Assembly: GCF_006345805.1 (NCBI RefSeq)
Contig: NC_042999.1
Location: 166,718,001 to 166,782,000 of the forward strand
DNA from: Octopus sinensis
Taxonomy: Eukaryota
Direction: 5' to 3'
DNA length: 64,000 nucleotides
Part shown: positions 13,590 to 26,614 of the stretch, in pieces
How positions within the stretch are numbered: the stretch's first letter is position 1
Layout: each line of letters begins with the position of its first letter
Made by a program: the position numbers and the translations under genes
Notes under the pieces: generated by a model
The model's database searches: none
What the model was told of the DNA's origin: nothing
What the model saw: the letters and a program-made list of their open reading frames with translations, nothing else

Positions 13590-13792
13590 CAGGCGGCGAG
13601 CAGGCAGAATCGTTAGCACGCCGAGCAAATTTTGTCCGTCTTTACGTTCTGATTTTAAATTCTGCCGAACTCGACTTTGCCTTTTATGCTTTCGGGGTCG
13701 ACAAAATAAGTACTAGTTGAGCAGTGGGTTCACTGTGATAGACTTACCCACTCCCCCGAAATTGCTGGCATTGTGCCAAAATTTGAAATCAG
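13590..13792 (+). mobile_element. tRNA-derived SINE (ggcggcgagc-head family)
   Basis: Homology to 41237-41441 and 43490-43722. Confidence 0.7.
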
Positions 13793-14187
13793 TATTCATA
13801 TACTTCATTCAGTATAAAGTATTGTCTTCCATTCATCGACGTTTATCCACATCTGTCGTCTAAGTTATTGGTTTTGTTTCAGCATAACAATCTAACCATA
13901 CGTACCTTTGTAAGTATTCGGATTAGATTTCCGGTTTGGGGAATCATTGACGTCTTGACATCCTGCTCCCTTACGGAGTAACCTGGCAATTATGATTTCT
14001 TCTCTCTCCCATCCATTAATCGTAGGTATTAGGAAATCTTTCTGTACCCCCTTTGACTAAGTCACTTAAGGGAAACCCGCTCGACTACATAATTCTCTTT
14101 GAAAATTCGTATCTACTCAAGCTGGCGGTCGAGTCACCACAGTCTGTGTCATTGCCCAATATATCTTTTCTTAGAAGCAAACAAAAC

Positions 14188-14244
14188 GCACACACACACA
14201 CGCACACACACACACGCACACACACACACACGCACACACACACA

Positions 14245-14293
<49 letters not shown>
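14188..14293. repeat. (CA)n microsatellite
   Basis: Directly visible. Confidence 0.97.
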
Positions 14294-14295
<2 letters not shown>

Positions 14296-15240
14296 GACAA
14301 ACACTTGCGTAATGGTTCTATATGCCAAATATCGCAAGCGTCATTTATTAAATAAACACTACTCTTATGGTGGAGGAAAAATATGCAATAAAAATATCCA
14401 AATCACAAGTAAATGAGACAAGCTGTAAAAGGACACTTATTACAATAAAGTATAGCGTTTTATGGAGGTTATTTATGGCACAGAAATGTCGTATCTGGAC
14501 ACAGATCCACACTAACGTTTAGTGTTCTTCAGTCATATAATCATATATTTCTAGAGTCGCGTATATTTTTTGGCTTCTCACACACGTATATGAACGCTTT
14601 ATTTACTTATTTGATCTGAATAGCTTTTAAGAGGTTAATAAAACCATTTAGCTTAAAGTACAGCAGTAAATGTGTATCTTAGTATCTCAACTGGTATGCA
14701 TGCTGAAAGAAAAAATTTAATTGGGAATCACTGCACAAATTTGTATACAAATTATATAATCACGGCTGTCAGTTTAATTTTTGATAAGTTATTTTTAATT
14801 CAAAGTGCATATTCTTCCTGTTATTTTTGTCTGAGGTTATCGTTATTCATTTCACAGTATTTCAGATGTTACAACTGAGAAAAGAAAAGAACAAAAAAAA
14901 AAAAGGAAAAAAAGAAAAAAACCTAATGCTTGTCAAATGTTGCTAAGGTAATAACGTTTGTAGTATTTTGATATTCTCGTGCATGCTAATCAATATTTGT
15001 CATCAAACACGCGTTGTTTCACTTTATTTGAATTAATTGCCAGAACTCAGTCTTAAGCCGACCAAAGTCCAAGGATAAAATATTAATTGAACAATACGAA
15101 ATTCAAACTCCATTCACATCTCTCTTGAAATTGTTTATAATATTAGCCATGAACGAAGGTCGATGGGTCAGCAGACTGTAGAGCGCCGGAAAGAATTCCT
15201 CATGCTATTTAGTTATGACTGTTAAAATTATGTTTTGCAT

Positions 15241-15420
15241 TAAAGCGGCGAGCGGGCAGAATCTTTGGCACGCTGGGTTAATTACTTAGCAGCATTTCGT
15301 CTGTCTTTACAATGACTCACCGACATCTCGAGCCCCGGCTTCACGGTGGCCGGGGGAGGGGGTGGTTTCGGTACGACTTTGCCTTTCGGGTAGAAAAATG
15401 AAGTACCAGTCAAGTACTGA
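15241..15420 (+). mobile_element. tRNA-derived SINE, diverged
   Basis: aaagcggcgagcgggcagaa head and cgactttgcctttcggg..aagtaccagt body. Confidence 0.55.
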
Positions 15421-16059
15421 AGCTGAAATATTCTGTTAGAAATCAATATAGTCCATCAACTGGGTCTGAAGATCGATAGAGGTCTGTGCAAAATATCTTA
15501 CAGTATTTGCTTAAGCCCTTTGTATTCTGAGTTAACATTACCCACAAGCGGTGGTCAAAGACTTGTACTGTATTTAGTCATATTCCTTTACACTCTGAGT
15601 TCAAACCCTACCAGGATGGGTAGATAAAATTAGTAATAGTCAGGTTCTGATGGTTGTATAGTCGTCTGTTCTCACCAATATTTGTCATTTTGTGCCTTCT
15701 TAGGCATCAAGAATTGTCACTAAGTTATCCAAAATCGCGTGGTTCAGAAGCAAACTTCACATAGTTTTTCACGGGATACTAGACGAAAGAGCATACTCAA
15801 AAACAATTCTTGCACTTGAAATATTTTTCTTATGCTTTTGGTAGTATCGATAGAGCAACGGTTTAAATTCCTTGCAAGGTATTTTGACTTGCATTTTCTC
15901 AATACCTTGCAAATACAGTTGTACAGATATTATAAATCCTATATCAAAGTTCTATCTTAAAGAATTGTTAGCGAATAACGTTCATGATGTATATAACATA
16001 CAAAATCAAAGCAATTCACAGCAGGTAATTTCAATATTTCATTGAAAGGAAATCTGAGT

Positions 16060-16490
16060 TTGATTCCATTTTAAAGGAAGGGTTTGAATGAGAGTAAAAT
16101 CCTACACGTATATGTCGCTATAAATTCGAAACAAATAATTCATTAATTACTGCGCTGAAAAATTTAGCTCAATATTTGTGGCTGACTCGAAGCCAGATTT
16201 CCTTGTCAGAGAGTTTCGATGAAACGCTGAGCTTATTTGACAACGAAGAAAATGTTAATAAACTTTTTTTTGAGTTAGAGAAACAATAAAAATGTAAGTT
16301 AGAGAAACAATAGAAATGAAATTGCCTAAAATTTAAGATTTGAGCTCATCGGTTGACTAATTATGCAAACAAGGAGGATATAATAGTTGCTCTGCCATAA
16401 GTGGTGAAAAGAAGAGGGTTCACAAAAGAATACAAGCTGTATACCCAAAAGCAAAATATTTTGTACACTGCCTCGCTCATTAACTCCAAG
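16060..16490 (+). pseudogene. hAT transposase fragment
   Basis: 16363-16487 reads CKQGGYNSCSAISGEKKRVHKRIQAVYPKAKYFVHCLAH, matching the hAT GQGYDG..MSG...VHCxxH segment. Confidence 0.65.
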
Positions 16491-18199
16491 TGAAGATAGT
16501 TATAACCAGCTACCCTCTATCAGGGATTGCATTTTGATGTTGGTAAATATATGTGTCGGGTAGTGCTAAACGTAAAAAATATGAAAGTAAAAATAAAAAT
16601 GAAGCATTTAAGTTTAATTTTAAAAAGACAAAAAAGAAAAAAAAGCGAAAATTATTTGAAAACAAATAATCGATCATACTTGCACTTTCGGAAATGAGAT
16701 GGTTTTCTCGAACAGTTATTGTACCGAAATATTAGCGACAATAAACACAACCGCTTATACATAAAATGGTTAATTTAACAGTGATGTTGTATCTCACGTA
16801 TCCCATGATGATATTTTCTGTATTATTCTCATTGGTGATCATTCAGTTTTTAATTACATTTGACCGACTTTTATTACTTCCTGTACAAGAGGATCACTGT
16901 AACTTAGTAGCTGAGAACGACCGAGCGCAGAAATCAATATCAGTTTATGAAGAGTAAAAACTTTGTTATATGTTTGACGATTTTTATGATTGAACGAAAA
17001 CATACGAAATTAACGCGTGGAACTTCCAGCAGACCGAAGAAGCGACAAAGTCACGGGTCAAATGATTCGAGTAACACTTATTACTCCTTCATCGATCACA
17101 TCATACTCTCGCAAACATCTTATTTTGTGTTAACTAGATCGACTAACTCCTCAAACCTTTATATCAAACAAGAACTAATATATGGAGGAAATGACAAATC
17201 GTAAGCCTTTTGGTCAGGAAGTTGATTTTTGGTAGACACTATATTCTGACAGCGTTTGAAAGAAACTTGTCACATTTCTGCAAATCCAAACAGTTCTAAT
17301 TTTTTCTTTCTAAACATGTATGTAATTTTACGGCAACTACTTTCTGTACCAGTCAGTTCGAAAATGAATGCATGATTTTTTTCTGTGCTTAAGACATGGC
17401 CAATCATAAAAGAAGAAAGCTTCAAAGGTTTAGCCCTGTTCGACGACCTGAGTGTGAAAGCCATTCACAAAGAAACTACTCGGCATGAATCTGATTCTAC
17501 TGGTTGTCGATAAGATTTTCTTTTGCCCAGTTACGCACTTACAACGCTCGTATATTACATAGAGTTACATTTAAAAATATAAATGGCAATTAGTGTGTTA
17601 CTGAGTTTTTCTTAGCATAAATAATGGCATCCTTTAATGCTTTGCCACGGTTAACATTTGAAAGTGGCTATGGGTTTGTATTTGATTTGTTGAATATTTG
17701 ATGCAAGAAGAAACAAATAATGATGAATATAAAGTGACAATTGTCTACATGAGAAATCTACAATACACACAAATCTGGTTACGCTCAGTGAGAAATTAAT
17801 CTAATCTAACAGATGCGACTGATAGGAATTGATTTATCAAAGCGTTAATTTTTCATTTTGTCGTAGTTTACTCGTAACTTCCAGAATTATTATTTTATTC
17901 TTTTCCTTTCTGGGTCTAGGAAAAAACAATAAGTTTACTTTAAGACGTTGACGAGCAGAAACGTTAAAGCGTTGTTTACATTTTGATTTCAAATTTTACC
18001 GAAGCTAACTTTATCTTTCATCCTGTTGAGTAAAATAAATTACTAGTCAAGTACTGGGGTCAAGGTAATCGACCAATACCTTCACCACGAATTTGATCTC
18101 CAGTAGGTTTGGTGTAAAAACCAAAACGAATTCTGTTTTTCGGAAACGGCATGATTGATACGACTTGTCCTTGTCACGCATAATATATCATCGGTGTTA

Positions 18200-19290
18200 A
18201 CTCGTATCCGAGCAGTAGCCAGTGATTGAGGCTCTTCATCTTGACGGGTGTGATGAGTGCTGTTCAGACCAATCGTGGTACAAAAGCGCTGCTGGCATTT
18301 ATCTTAAGGAAGGGTTGGTGGTGGTTGTGGTGGCAGGGACGAAGAGGTGTGAGTTGCTCTTTGCATCTTTAGCGTCTGATCTCTGCCTCTTGATGGCTGC
18401 TATTTTCCATCAGGTGTGTTCCTTTAACAATGATATGGCGATCCTTGGCGATTGTCTCCCAGATATTTGGGTCAATGGAGCAGCGGAGGAGAATGGCTTT
18501 CAGCTGGTCTCGGAAAAGAAATTTGGTGGCTCCGCTGTGGCCTGGTGCCTGAAGCCAACTTCACAAAGAGAAACTGACGGGGGAAGCGCATTTGAGGCAT
18601 ACGTTTGATGTATTCCGACCAGCGGAGGCGGCATCGTGCCATGGTGGTTTCAATGCAGGGAAAATCGGCTCGGAGCAGAACCTCTTCATTGGTAGTGTGG
18701 TACCTCCATCGAATCCTTATGATTGCGCGAAGCTTGTTCTGTTGGAAACGTTCGATTTTCTCCAAGTGTTCTCGATACAATATCGATACGGCCGCAGAGG
18801 ATTGTAGAAAGGACGACAGCTCGGAATACCATGGTTTTCGTTTGGACAGTGAGGTCGAAGTTTAGGAAGATTGATTTGTGAGTTTTCCGGAAACAGTTTG
18901 GGCTGCGCTGATCCTATTCTCGATGTCTTTCTGCAATCGTTGGACAGGTAGACTCCGAGGTATGGGGAAGCCTCCACAGTTTTCACGACAGTGTCATGTT
19001 GCCTTCCGCCACAGGAGTCAGGAGGAGGTTGGCCGGTGACTCCCTCTGCAAAGATCTTCGTCTCCATTACGCTTTGTGCTTGACCAAATCGGGTAAACAA
19101 ATTTTCGAAGTGGTTCACAGCCTTATGAAGATCGGAAACCGGCACTGCCATCAGCATACTGCAACTCACGCACCTTGGCCAAGGTGGTAAGTCGAGGGGA
19201 TCTGAAGCAGGTGGCGTTGAAAAGTCTTCTGTCTATTTCTGGAGCGGATGCCTTTACCAGGGGTTTGATGAGGGGTCTCATGGACCGTGG
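18200..19290 (-). mobile_element. Decayed RTE-clade LINE (RT C-terminal half and 3' region)
   Basis: PYLGVYLSND; HLEKIERFQQNKLRAIIRIRWRYHTTNEEVLLRA..RCRLRWSEYIKRMPQMRFPRQFLF, typical of RTE/BovB-type elements. Confidence 0.85.
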
Positions 19291-19293
19291 CTG

Positions 19294-19880
19294 CTATATA
19301 TATATAAAACTGAGAAAGTGTGTGTCTGTATGTGTGAATCCCTAAAACTCGAGAAGTACCCAACTGATTTTATTCAAATGTTACACGTGCATCCCTTAGA
19401 GTCCATGTAATATCATGGTTTAAAAAAATTTCAACTTCTTACCTAATGCGAGCCCAGAGAAATCTTTTAGACTGGTTCGGTATTACGTTCAAAAGTGAAA
19501 AAATATGATCTATATTGTAATGTGATACAATATTGTTTCACTTTTATTCTTTAACTTTTAATGTGATAACACTAAGATCATCTTATTTCTATTGCATTTG
19601 AAATAAACAAATAATTGATATCCTGTGAATAACATTACGCATCGGTAACTTTCCGTCTGTACGACCACGACAGCGGAATGGTGTGTCAGTATATATGTGT
19701 TGACTGACATAACGAAAGGCTGGAGGTGAAACTCTTGACAAAAAACAAAGAGGTGGTGGTTCAAGGTATATAAAAATACACATTTACCGTTCAATTACCC
19801 GTTAATAATTGTCGCTGCATTTACAAGGTTGGAAAGGTATTTACAGTTACATATTAACCCCTAAATTAACATTTAATGCA
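19294..19880 (+). mobile_element. Helitron-like element 5' part
   Basis: Starts ctatatatatataaaactgagaaagtgtgtgtctgtatgtgtg, like the 5' ends at 24737 and 39244; 3' end not identified. Confidence 0.45.
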
Positions 19881-20613
19881 TGTTGTTGAGTGAGCCCCCG
19901 TGTTCACGGGGGCTCTCTCAACAAAATCTTGTCCACACAGAACAGACGCAACAATTAGACAAATTAGACAATTAGACAAATACAGAAGCTACACACATAA
20001 TAGAAGATAAACCTAGCCTGAATACGAAACTGGAATGGAACACTAGCACACACCCCCAAACACCTCAACATACGACAGAATAAGATCCCCATAAACTGAT
20101 AACAATATAAACAAAAGTAAAACCATAATAAAATACACAGATTAATAAACAAATGGAAGTAAATAACTATATACATTAACAACATTTAAAAAAAATTAAT
20201 TAAATACAAAAAGAAAGAATAATAAGTAGGTGTAAACACACGAACAAAATAAACAAAAACAAATTACACGAACGTGTATAAACAGGAGAAACAAATATTA
20301 CAGGCTCTTCCCCCTACACTAACTAAACATAGACACACATAGGGGTATATGCATGAGCAAATAAAGACTCATACAATAGGAATACAAAATACAAAATGGC
20401 TGACCGTTAGTAAGGAGAGACACACAAATAAGAAAGAAGAAAGCAAAGAACCACTGATGAGGTCACAGAAGTGTGACGAAAGAACTCTGGCCGAAATAAG
20501 ATTAAGATTAATGTAAAAATTAAATAAAGCTGAAGCAAATTAACACCAAATATATATTGCGTGTGTTTTTATTGGCTAAACTGGCAACATAACCATTCCT
20601 AAATACAACAACA
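19881..20613 (+). mobile_element. Unclassified 733-bp insert with TGTTGTTG...CAACAACA termini, 5' hairpin and hammerhead-like motif
   Basis: 8-bp terminal inverted repeat; GC-rich hairpin 19885-19923; CTGATGA..GAAA motif at 20454; AATAAA near 3' end. Confidence 0.45.
20451..20490 (+). ncRNA. Hammerhead-like motif (type I, possibly degenerate)
   Basis: cca CTGATGA g gtcaca gaag tgtgac GAAA gaac TC tgg; an alternative longer stem II (ggtca/tggcc) closes at the GAAA near 20493. Confidence 0.5.
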
Positions 20614-21193
20614 TCTGTTTCAACACACGATTTCACATCAAGAATCATGCAAAACAAATATATAAACGTGAAATTTATCTATAATAATTACTGTGGCGTG
20701 TACCGTTAAATTAGAAGTTCGTGCTTCTATTTTGTTAATTTGCACTGCATACAAAAATAAAGACATACAACTGCTTACAAAAATAGAGATTGATGTATAA
20801 TTTTTTTTAAACTCACTTTTATTTATGCTTATCACGTTTAATGTTTGTTAAAACACGTTTAATGTTTGCAAAAAGTGTATAATTTTGAATTTTGTTTATA
20901 ATTTTATAATTTTTATAATTTTTTAAATAATTTTATTTTCATTCCTGTTAGATCCCTCTTATTTGTCCACGACAGCTTTTTTTTCAATATGGCAGCAAAT
21001 ATTTTCTTTACCTCCATCCAAGATTTTCTTTTCCTCCATTTTCTTTACCTCCAAGATGGAGCAATCGCTTAGCTGAGCTTAAAGAACACATTCAGCAGTG
21101 CAGGAGCTAACTCCTGAAACGCTTCAAGGAGAGATTTTATGTATGCAGGGATATAGACGTATTGACCATTTTCACTAAAAGTTTATCGTAAGA

Positions 21194-21567
21194 CTAGCAG
21201 TATCGCCCGGCGTTGCTCGGGTTTGTAAGGGAAATAACTATAAAGCATTTTTAGAGAGTTATATCCAAAAAAATGGAAAAAAAATTATGGTAAATTTTTT
21301 TTGAGAGTTAAAACGGTCGAGTTGCGTCCCCTAGACTATCTGTGGTTTGTGTTTCTGATTCTCGACCCCATGTCAAATTTATCGATTTTTTTCAGAACTG
21401 GGGAAACTTTTCAAAATTTTCTCTGCGTTAGTTTTGAATTATGACATTGGGCTATGTGTGTGTTAAGTTTCATCAGAATCGGTTGAAAGCCGTGGTCAGG
21501 GTGAGGGTACAAGCAAACAGACACACAGAAACACGCACAGACAAACTGCCGTTTATATAGAGAGAGA
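21194..21567 (-). mobile_element. Non-autonomous Helitron-like element (family A)
   Basis: Reverse complement of 5604-5988 with TC..hairpin..CTAG ends. Confidence 0.75.
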
Positions 21568-21799
21568 TTTATAAATCTATTTGTTTTGGTATCATAATTA
21601 AGTAATAAACATAAAATTCTGTCAGTTTTTAAAATTCTGATCAATTTCACCGAAACAGATCAGTAATCCTGGAACAGCCTGAATGGTGTAGCATTGTTAG
21701 TTGTTGCGTTGCTCGAGTAAATATCAAAGTCAAAGGTTCCTTCTTTTTGTTTAGCATTCTTGTAAAAAGGAGTATATTATCCAAAATGTATCTTTCCTT

Positions 21800-21922
21800 T
21801 ATAGGCGTGGATGTGTGGTTGAGAAGCTTGCTTTCCAACCATGTCGCCTTGGGTTCAGTCCCACTGTGCCGCGCGTTGGGCAATTCTCTTTCATTACAGC
21901 TCCGTGCCGACCAAAACCTTGT
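21800..21922 (+). mobile_element. tRNA-derived SINE 5' fragment
   Basis: ggatgtgtggttgagaagcttgctttccaaccatgt..gggttcagtcccactg head. Confidence 0.65.
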
Positions 21923-24736
21923 GTATTATATAACTGCTATTACTGTAATGATATATAAAATAACATGTACAGCTCACTTATTATTGCCATATAATAAACA
22001 AACAGAAATTCGTGTATTGAGCTTTTTTCTACTTCAATCACTAAATGTCTTTCTCTTATGAAATACACACATACAGGAGGAGTAAATCTCTCTATATAAT
22101 AACACTTTGAATGTGCCTCCTGAGGACGACAATAGCAAGAACAAGAAAAAGAAAACTTCCCTTAAGAAAACTTGGAATGTGCACACACTCCTGTACCTGG
22201 ATGAAGGACAGACCCCCATTGGCACACCGCTCCTCACTAGAGTAGGGAGCTTAATCGTTACAGTGTGCACATCGCAGTCCTATCTGAAACAAGACTCGCT
22301 GGCGTGTGTGTTAGCGTGAGGCATGTCGTGTTGATATTAGTCGCTAAGGAAAGATAAATAACGATAGGGTGAAGTGAAAATTGCAATGGCGATGGTGTTT
22401 GCCGCCGGATTGGGACAAAGTGACGATGATGAGTGTAGCATGTTAGTCAAATATTTTCCCACCAGTGAATCTCGTCTGTTATGACCACATCTTAAAGAAG
22501 AGGCTCTCCGATGACGAAAAACAACAACGATCAGATATTCATGTTCAAATCTGTCAGAACATATGAAGACTGAATAGATAAGTTATTGTTTGGATTCTCC
22601 CTATTCTACGTACGATCCACAAATCAAATATTTTCTGTTGTTTCCGAGTATGTTATTCTTTTTGAACTGCCAAACTCGAACTAGTAAATGAATCTGAAGC
22701 GAATTGCTTTCTGGATTCTTAGCCACAGTTCGAAACCTAGTCTATATTTTTCTATGAATCCCTTTCAATTTTTCTCATCATTTGCGCTAAGAAATTTATG
22801 AGAGTCAACCGTTATATTTAGATAAGTCCTATTGCTTCTGAAGATCCTTAGTTCAGAGCAGATAACAGGCGAAAAATCCTTTGTTTAGCCTGACCTAATT
22901 TATGTAGGAAAATGTAAATACAGAACCCTTAGTAAAATCTTCCTCTTATTTCGGCGCCTCATCGAAGAGCATGCTTCTTTCACATGGCGCCTGACCAAAG
23001 GAGTACTTCATGCATAACATGTCACCAAGGGACTATACAATTTCACCATCTCTACTCGTCTAACCAGAGAGGTAATCTCTATTAATCTTTCTTTATCTTT
23101 CTTCTATCCGTCTTCTAGCAATCATACAGATGAACACAGTTATCTATGAAATGAACCTCAGAAGTTCAACTAATCGTTGTACAACAACTCAAGGCAGTTG
23201 CCCTTTATATCGTAACGGTAAAATAGGGGCTCATTCAACAATTATTTTCCTTCTGTCATTTATTTCACGGTCTTTTCAACAAATCCATTACACACTTAGT
23301 GACACTAGATAAACGACATCTAATCCGTCTATATCCGTCTATATTTCAACCGAAGCGCGACATATCAATAGTCAACTACACATATCCGTAACAACTTATT
23401 TCATTTTCTTTCTTATAATCACAGTGAAAGTGACATGGCTGCTTTGTGTGATGAGAAAGTCGATAAACAGTTTTGATTTACCGATTCCATAACAGCAGAA
23501 TAATTTTCTGCTGCCATGCAAAAAGAAAAAAAGGTTTTATGTTTATGAATTATGGTCGAAAGGTGGTCAGGTTTTAAAATTTTGGCTAGACTTCATATTA
23601 GAGATATTAGAAATATAGCTAAAGTGGAGCGGTTCAATTTGTTATCACAAGTTGTAAGAGAGTAAAATGCAGCCGAGAAGTCACTGAGTGGATTATGTAT
23701 TTATATCACGAAGACATGGTGTTTAAGGAAAAGAAGTCGTGCGTTTTTTTAATGTTATAGTTGTTTAGATTCAGGTCTTCTGCGATCGAGAGGACGTATG
23801 ATCGAAGACGTTCTAGCCGTGACTACACTACCTTTATTTTTCCTTCACACATAATGTATCTAGAACTACATTATCCCTGGGAAATTCGACTGCTGCTTTA
23901 GTAGCAGGTCGAGAGACCACGTAGAAGCTGCCGCGTTATTGTGGTATTCGTCAGCAAATATACATAAGATCCTATGTATTCAGTCGAAGATTGCATTGTT
24001 AACGATGTCTACAGTTGCGTTAAAACATACAGGCAAAGTGAAAAACAGATTATTAAAAATATTGAAAATAAACGAACGCTACAAAATCCAGTTCTATGAA
24101 GAAGCAATGACATACTTGTAAGAAACACTTCAAGTAAACATACGGCATCAACAGAAGTAAATACATGGATACGTATAACCAGACAATAAACATGCAATAA
24201 GGAAATAGTGACGCACGCGCATGTACATACAACACTAACACGAAATGTCAACAGTTAAGAAAAAATAAAGACAAACTATAAGGCGTAATGGATAGAAAAG
24301 TAGTGAATGAAACAATTCTCCATTCTGTTTTCAGAGAGTGAATAATCTTAATTGTATATCAGAGAGAGCTAATGTATTAATGATAGCAAAACTCAAAACT
24401 TTAAAGAAAATGGAAGACTATCAATGCAGTTCAATATCACCGGCTCTATTTTGAGCAATATCAGACAAAAGACAGACCGCAGAAATCGCACGCAATAGAT
24501 AACAATGACACGAGAGTAAGAAACCGATCAAAAGGAGTAAGTATTGTGTCAACTTCGTAAAACTACAATGATCGTTGAAAATGGTTTCGCAATTAGCTCT
24601 GGAATATTAAAATATCCATATTTTGGAGAAAGGAGCTAGTTTTCCCCGATATTGATTTGGTTTTATTAGATTTAAGCTACATTTTTATGGATTTAAGGTA
24701 AATTTTTACGGATAGGAAGTATATTATTGCTTCCTA

Positions 24737-25253
24737 TCTATATATATAAAACTGTAGTTGTGTGAGTGTCGGTCTCCTACGATTTAGATTCCTAACTCCT
24801 CCCACATTTTGCGGTGCAGTTTAACCAAATTCGAGCATCTTATAGTCGTGATTAATATCGAGCCCGTCTGGCTATTAGCGCGCGTCTACGATGAGTCTAC
24901 GATTTTAAAAATAATTTAACATCATTTTTTATTCCATTTTAATGCATAATTTTTCGTGTGTCGATGGCGGCGGAGTTGGCGTCCACGCTCAAACACCTGC
25001 ACCTGTGTTTGCTTCTCCCCCTTCTTCCCTCCCTCGTGAAGCTGTGGGGAAGGGAATGTAAGGAAATCAACGTCGTAATGCGTTGTCAAGGAGACCAGCG
25101 TTCTTTTAGAACAACGACTTCATGGCTTGAAGACACCAAAACAGAAATGGCTAAGAAAGCCCGAATTGGCATCTATGAGGGAAGAAACTCTCTAAAAATG
25201 CTTATATAGTTATTTCCCTTACAAACCCGAGCAACGCCGGGCGATACTGCTAG
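24737..25253 (+). mobile_element. Non-autonomous Helitron-like element (family B)
   Basis: 5' TCTATATATATAAAA; same 3' hairpin and CTAG|T as family A; different internal body shared with 39244-39635. Confidence 0.75.
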
Positions 25254-26614
25254 TTTTATATAATCAAAAGGCAGAAACCGACTGTAGAATGATTTGAAAG
25301 AGGGAATAAATGAAAACGTTTTATCTGATACTCTTTAGTATTTTCCAACTGGTCGATTTTAGCCACATTAATATTAGTCATCCTTTGGTAAAAACCTCTA
25401 TTAAAATATTGGCGAAGAGGTTTTCGGTTGTAACAGGCTTCCATCAAAGTGTTCACCTGGTTCTTTGATACAGAAAGGAGCTGGGCACACGTCGATGTAC
25501 CTGATATGTACCTGACTAAAACACTACAAATGAAAATAACACTTGGAGTGATTGAAACTGATTATATCAATTGCTTTTATTATTAATGCGTATCTTTAGA
25601 TACGTCTCCGTATCCCGAGCCCAATTCTTAACCGAGATATATTTTGTTTTTTACACTTTCAAGGTCGGTAAAATGAATATCAATAAGTACTGAGGTTGAT
25701 GCAATCAACTCTATCCTGTGATTATATTAAGAATCGTTATTGAGGGCCTATTAAGCCTTTTGTAAATTTCATGAGACCATAGATACATACTGAGGTGAGG
25801 CTTGGGCAAAATAGTTTTTTGAAGGCAAGCAATTGGCCATGAATGTAAGTCTTTCCTTTCGGGCGACCAGTGTTTTTCTAAGGGAAAGGCAAGCCTTGAT
25901 ACAGCTTGGCATCAATGTCATGTCAGTCGTCAGCGGCAAAGAACTAGAATCCTATCCGAGCTCTAACAATTCCGCCGATGCCATATGAAAGGTAGCATCT
26001 TCGCAAATAGTTGAACGCCAGATTGAACACTTTGTCTCTCAGTTCAAACCCTACCGAGATCAATTATACCTTTCATCGCTCTGAGGCCAATAAAATAAAG
26101 TACTTAGTCAAGTATTGGGGTCGATTCCCTTCTCTCAAAATTGTTGACCTAGTGCCTAAATTAAAAATAATCGTTATTATAAAATTACTGTGAAGACAGA
26201 CGTCTAATTCTTGAGCTCCAGTTAATATCGAAATTCCACAGCTGCAAAATATATATAAAAAAATAACCATGTTGCAATTTCATGTTTACATCATTTAGTT
26301 AGGAGGTGAAGAAAGCTTAGTTTATAAGTAGGGAAATCCTTTCACAAAATGAATCAAAAGTGACTTTTTAAAGTTTGCCATATGTTGATCGGAGAAATAT
26401 TAAACAGTAGCTGGAACGGTTGAAAAGAAGTTAATTGACGTCTCAGCAGTAACAATAGGAGCAGCGGTGGTTGAAAGAATGACAACAGGTGAATAGACAC
26501 GACATAAGTAACACGAAGAAATGTATTAAAAGTTTTGAGAAATACACATCTAGAGAGGAGGTATATTAAGTTCCCTTAGGGTTTAACCGACGAAAAAGGG
26601 AGAATAATAGCGTT

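Noticed and set aside
17040-17520. Possible hAT C-terminal dimerisation remnant
   Set aside because: Too decayed to support by eye
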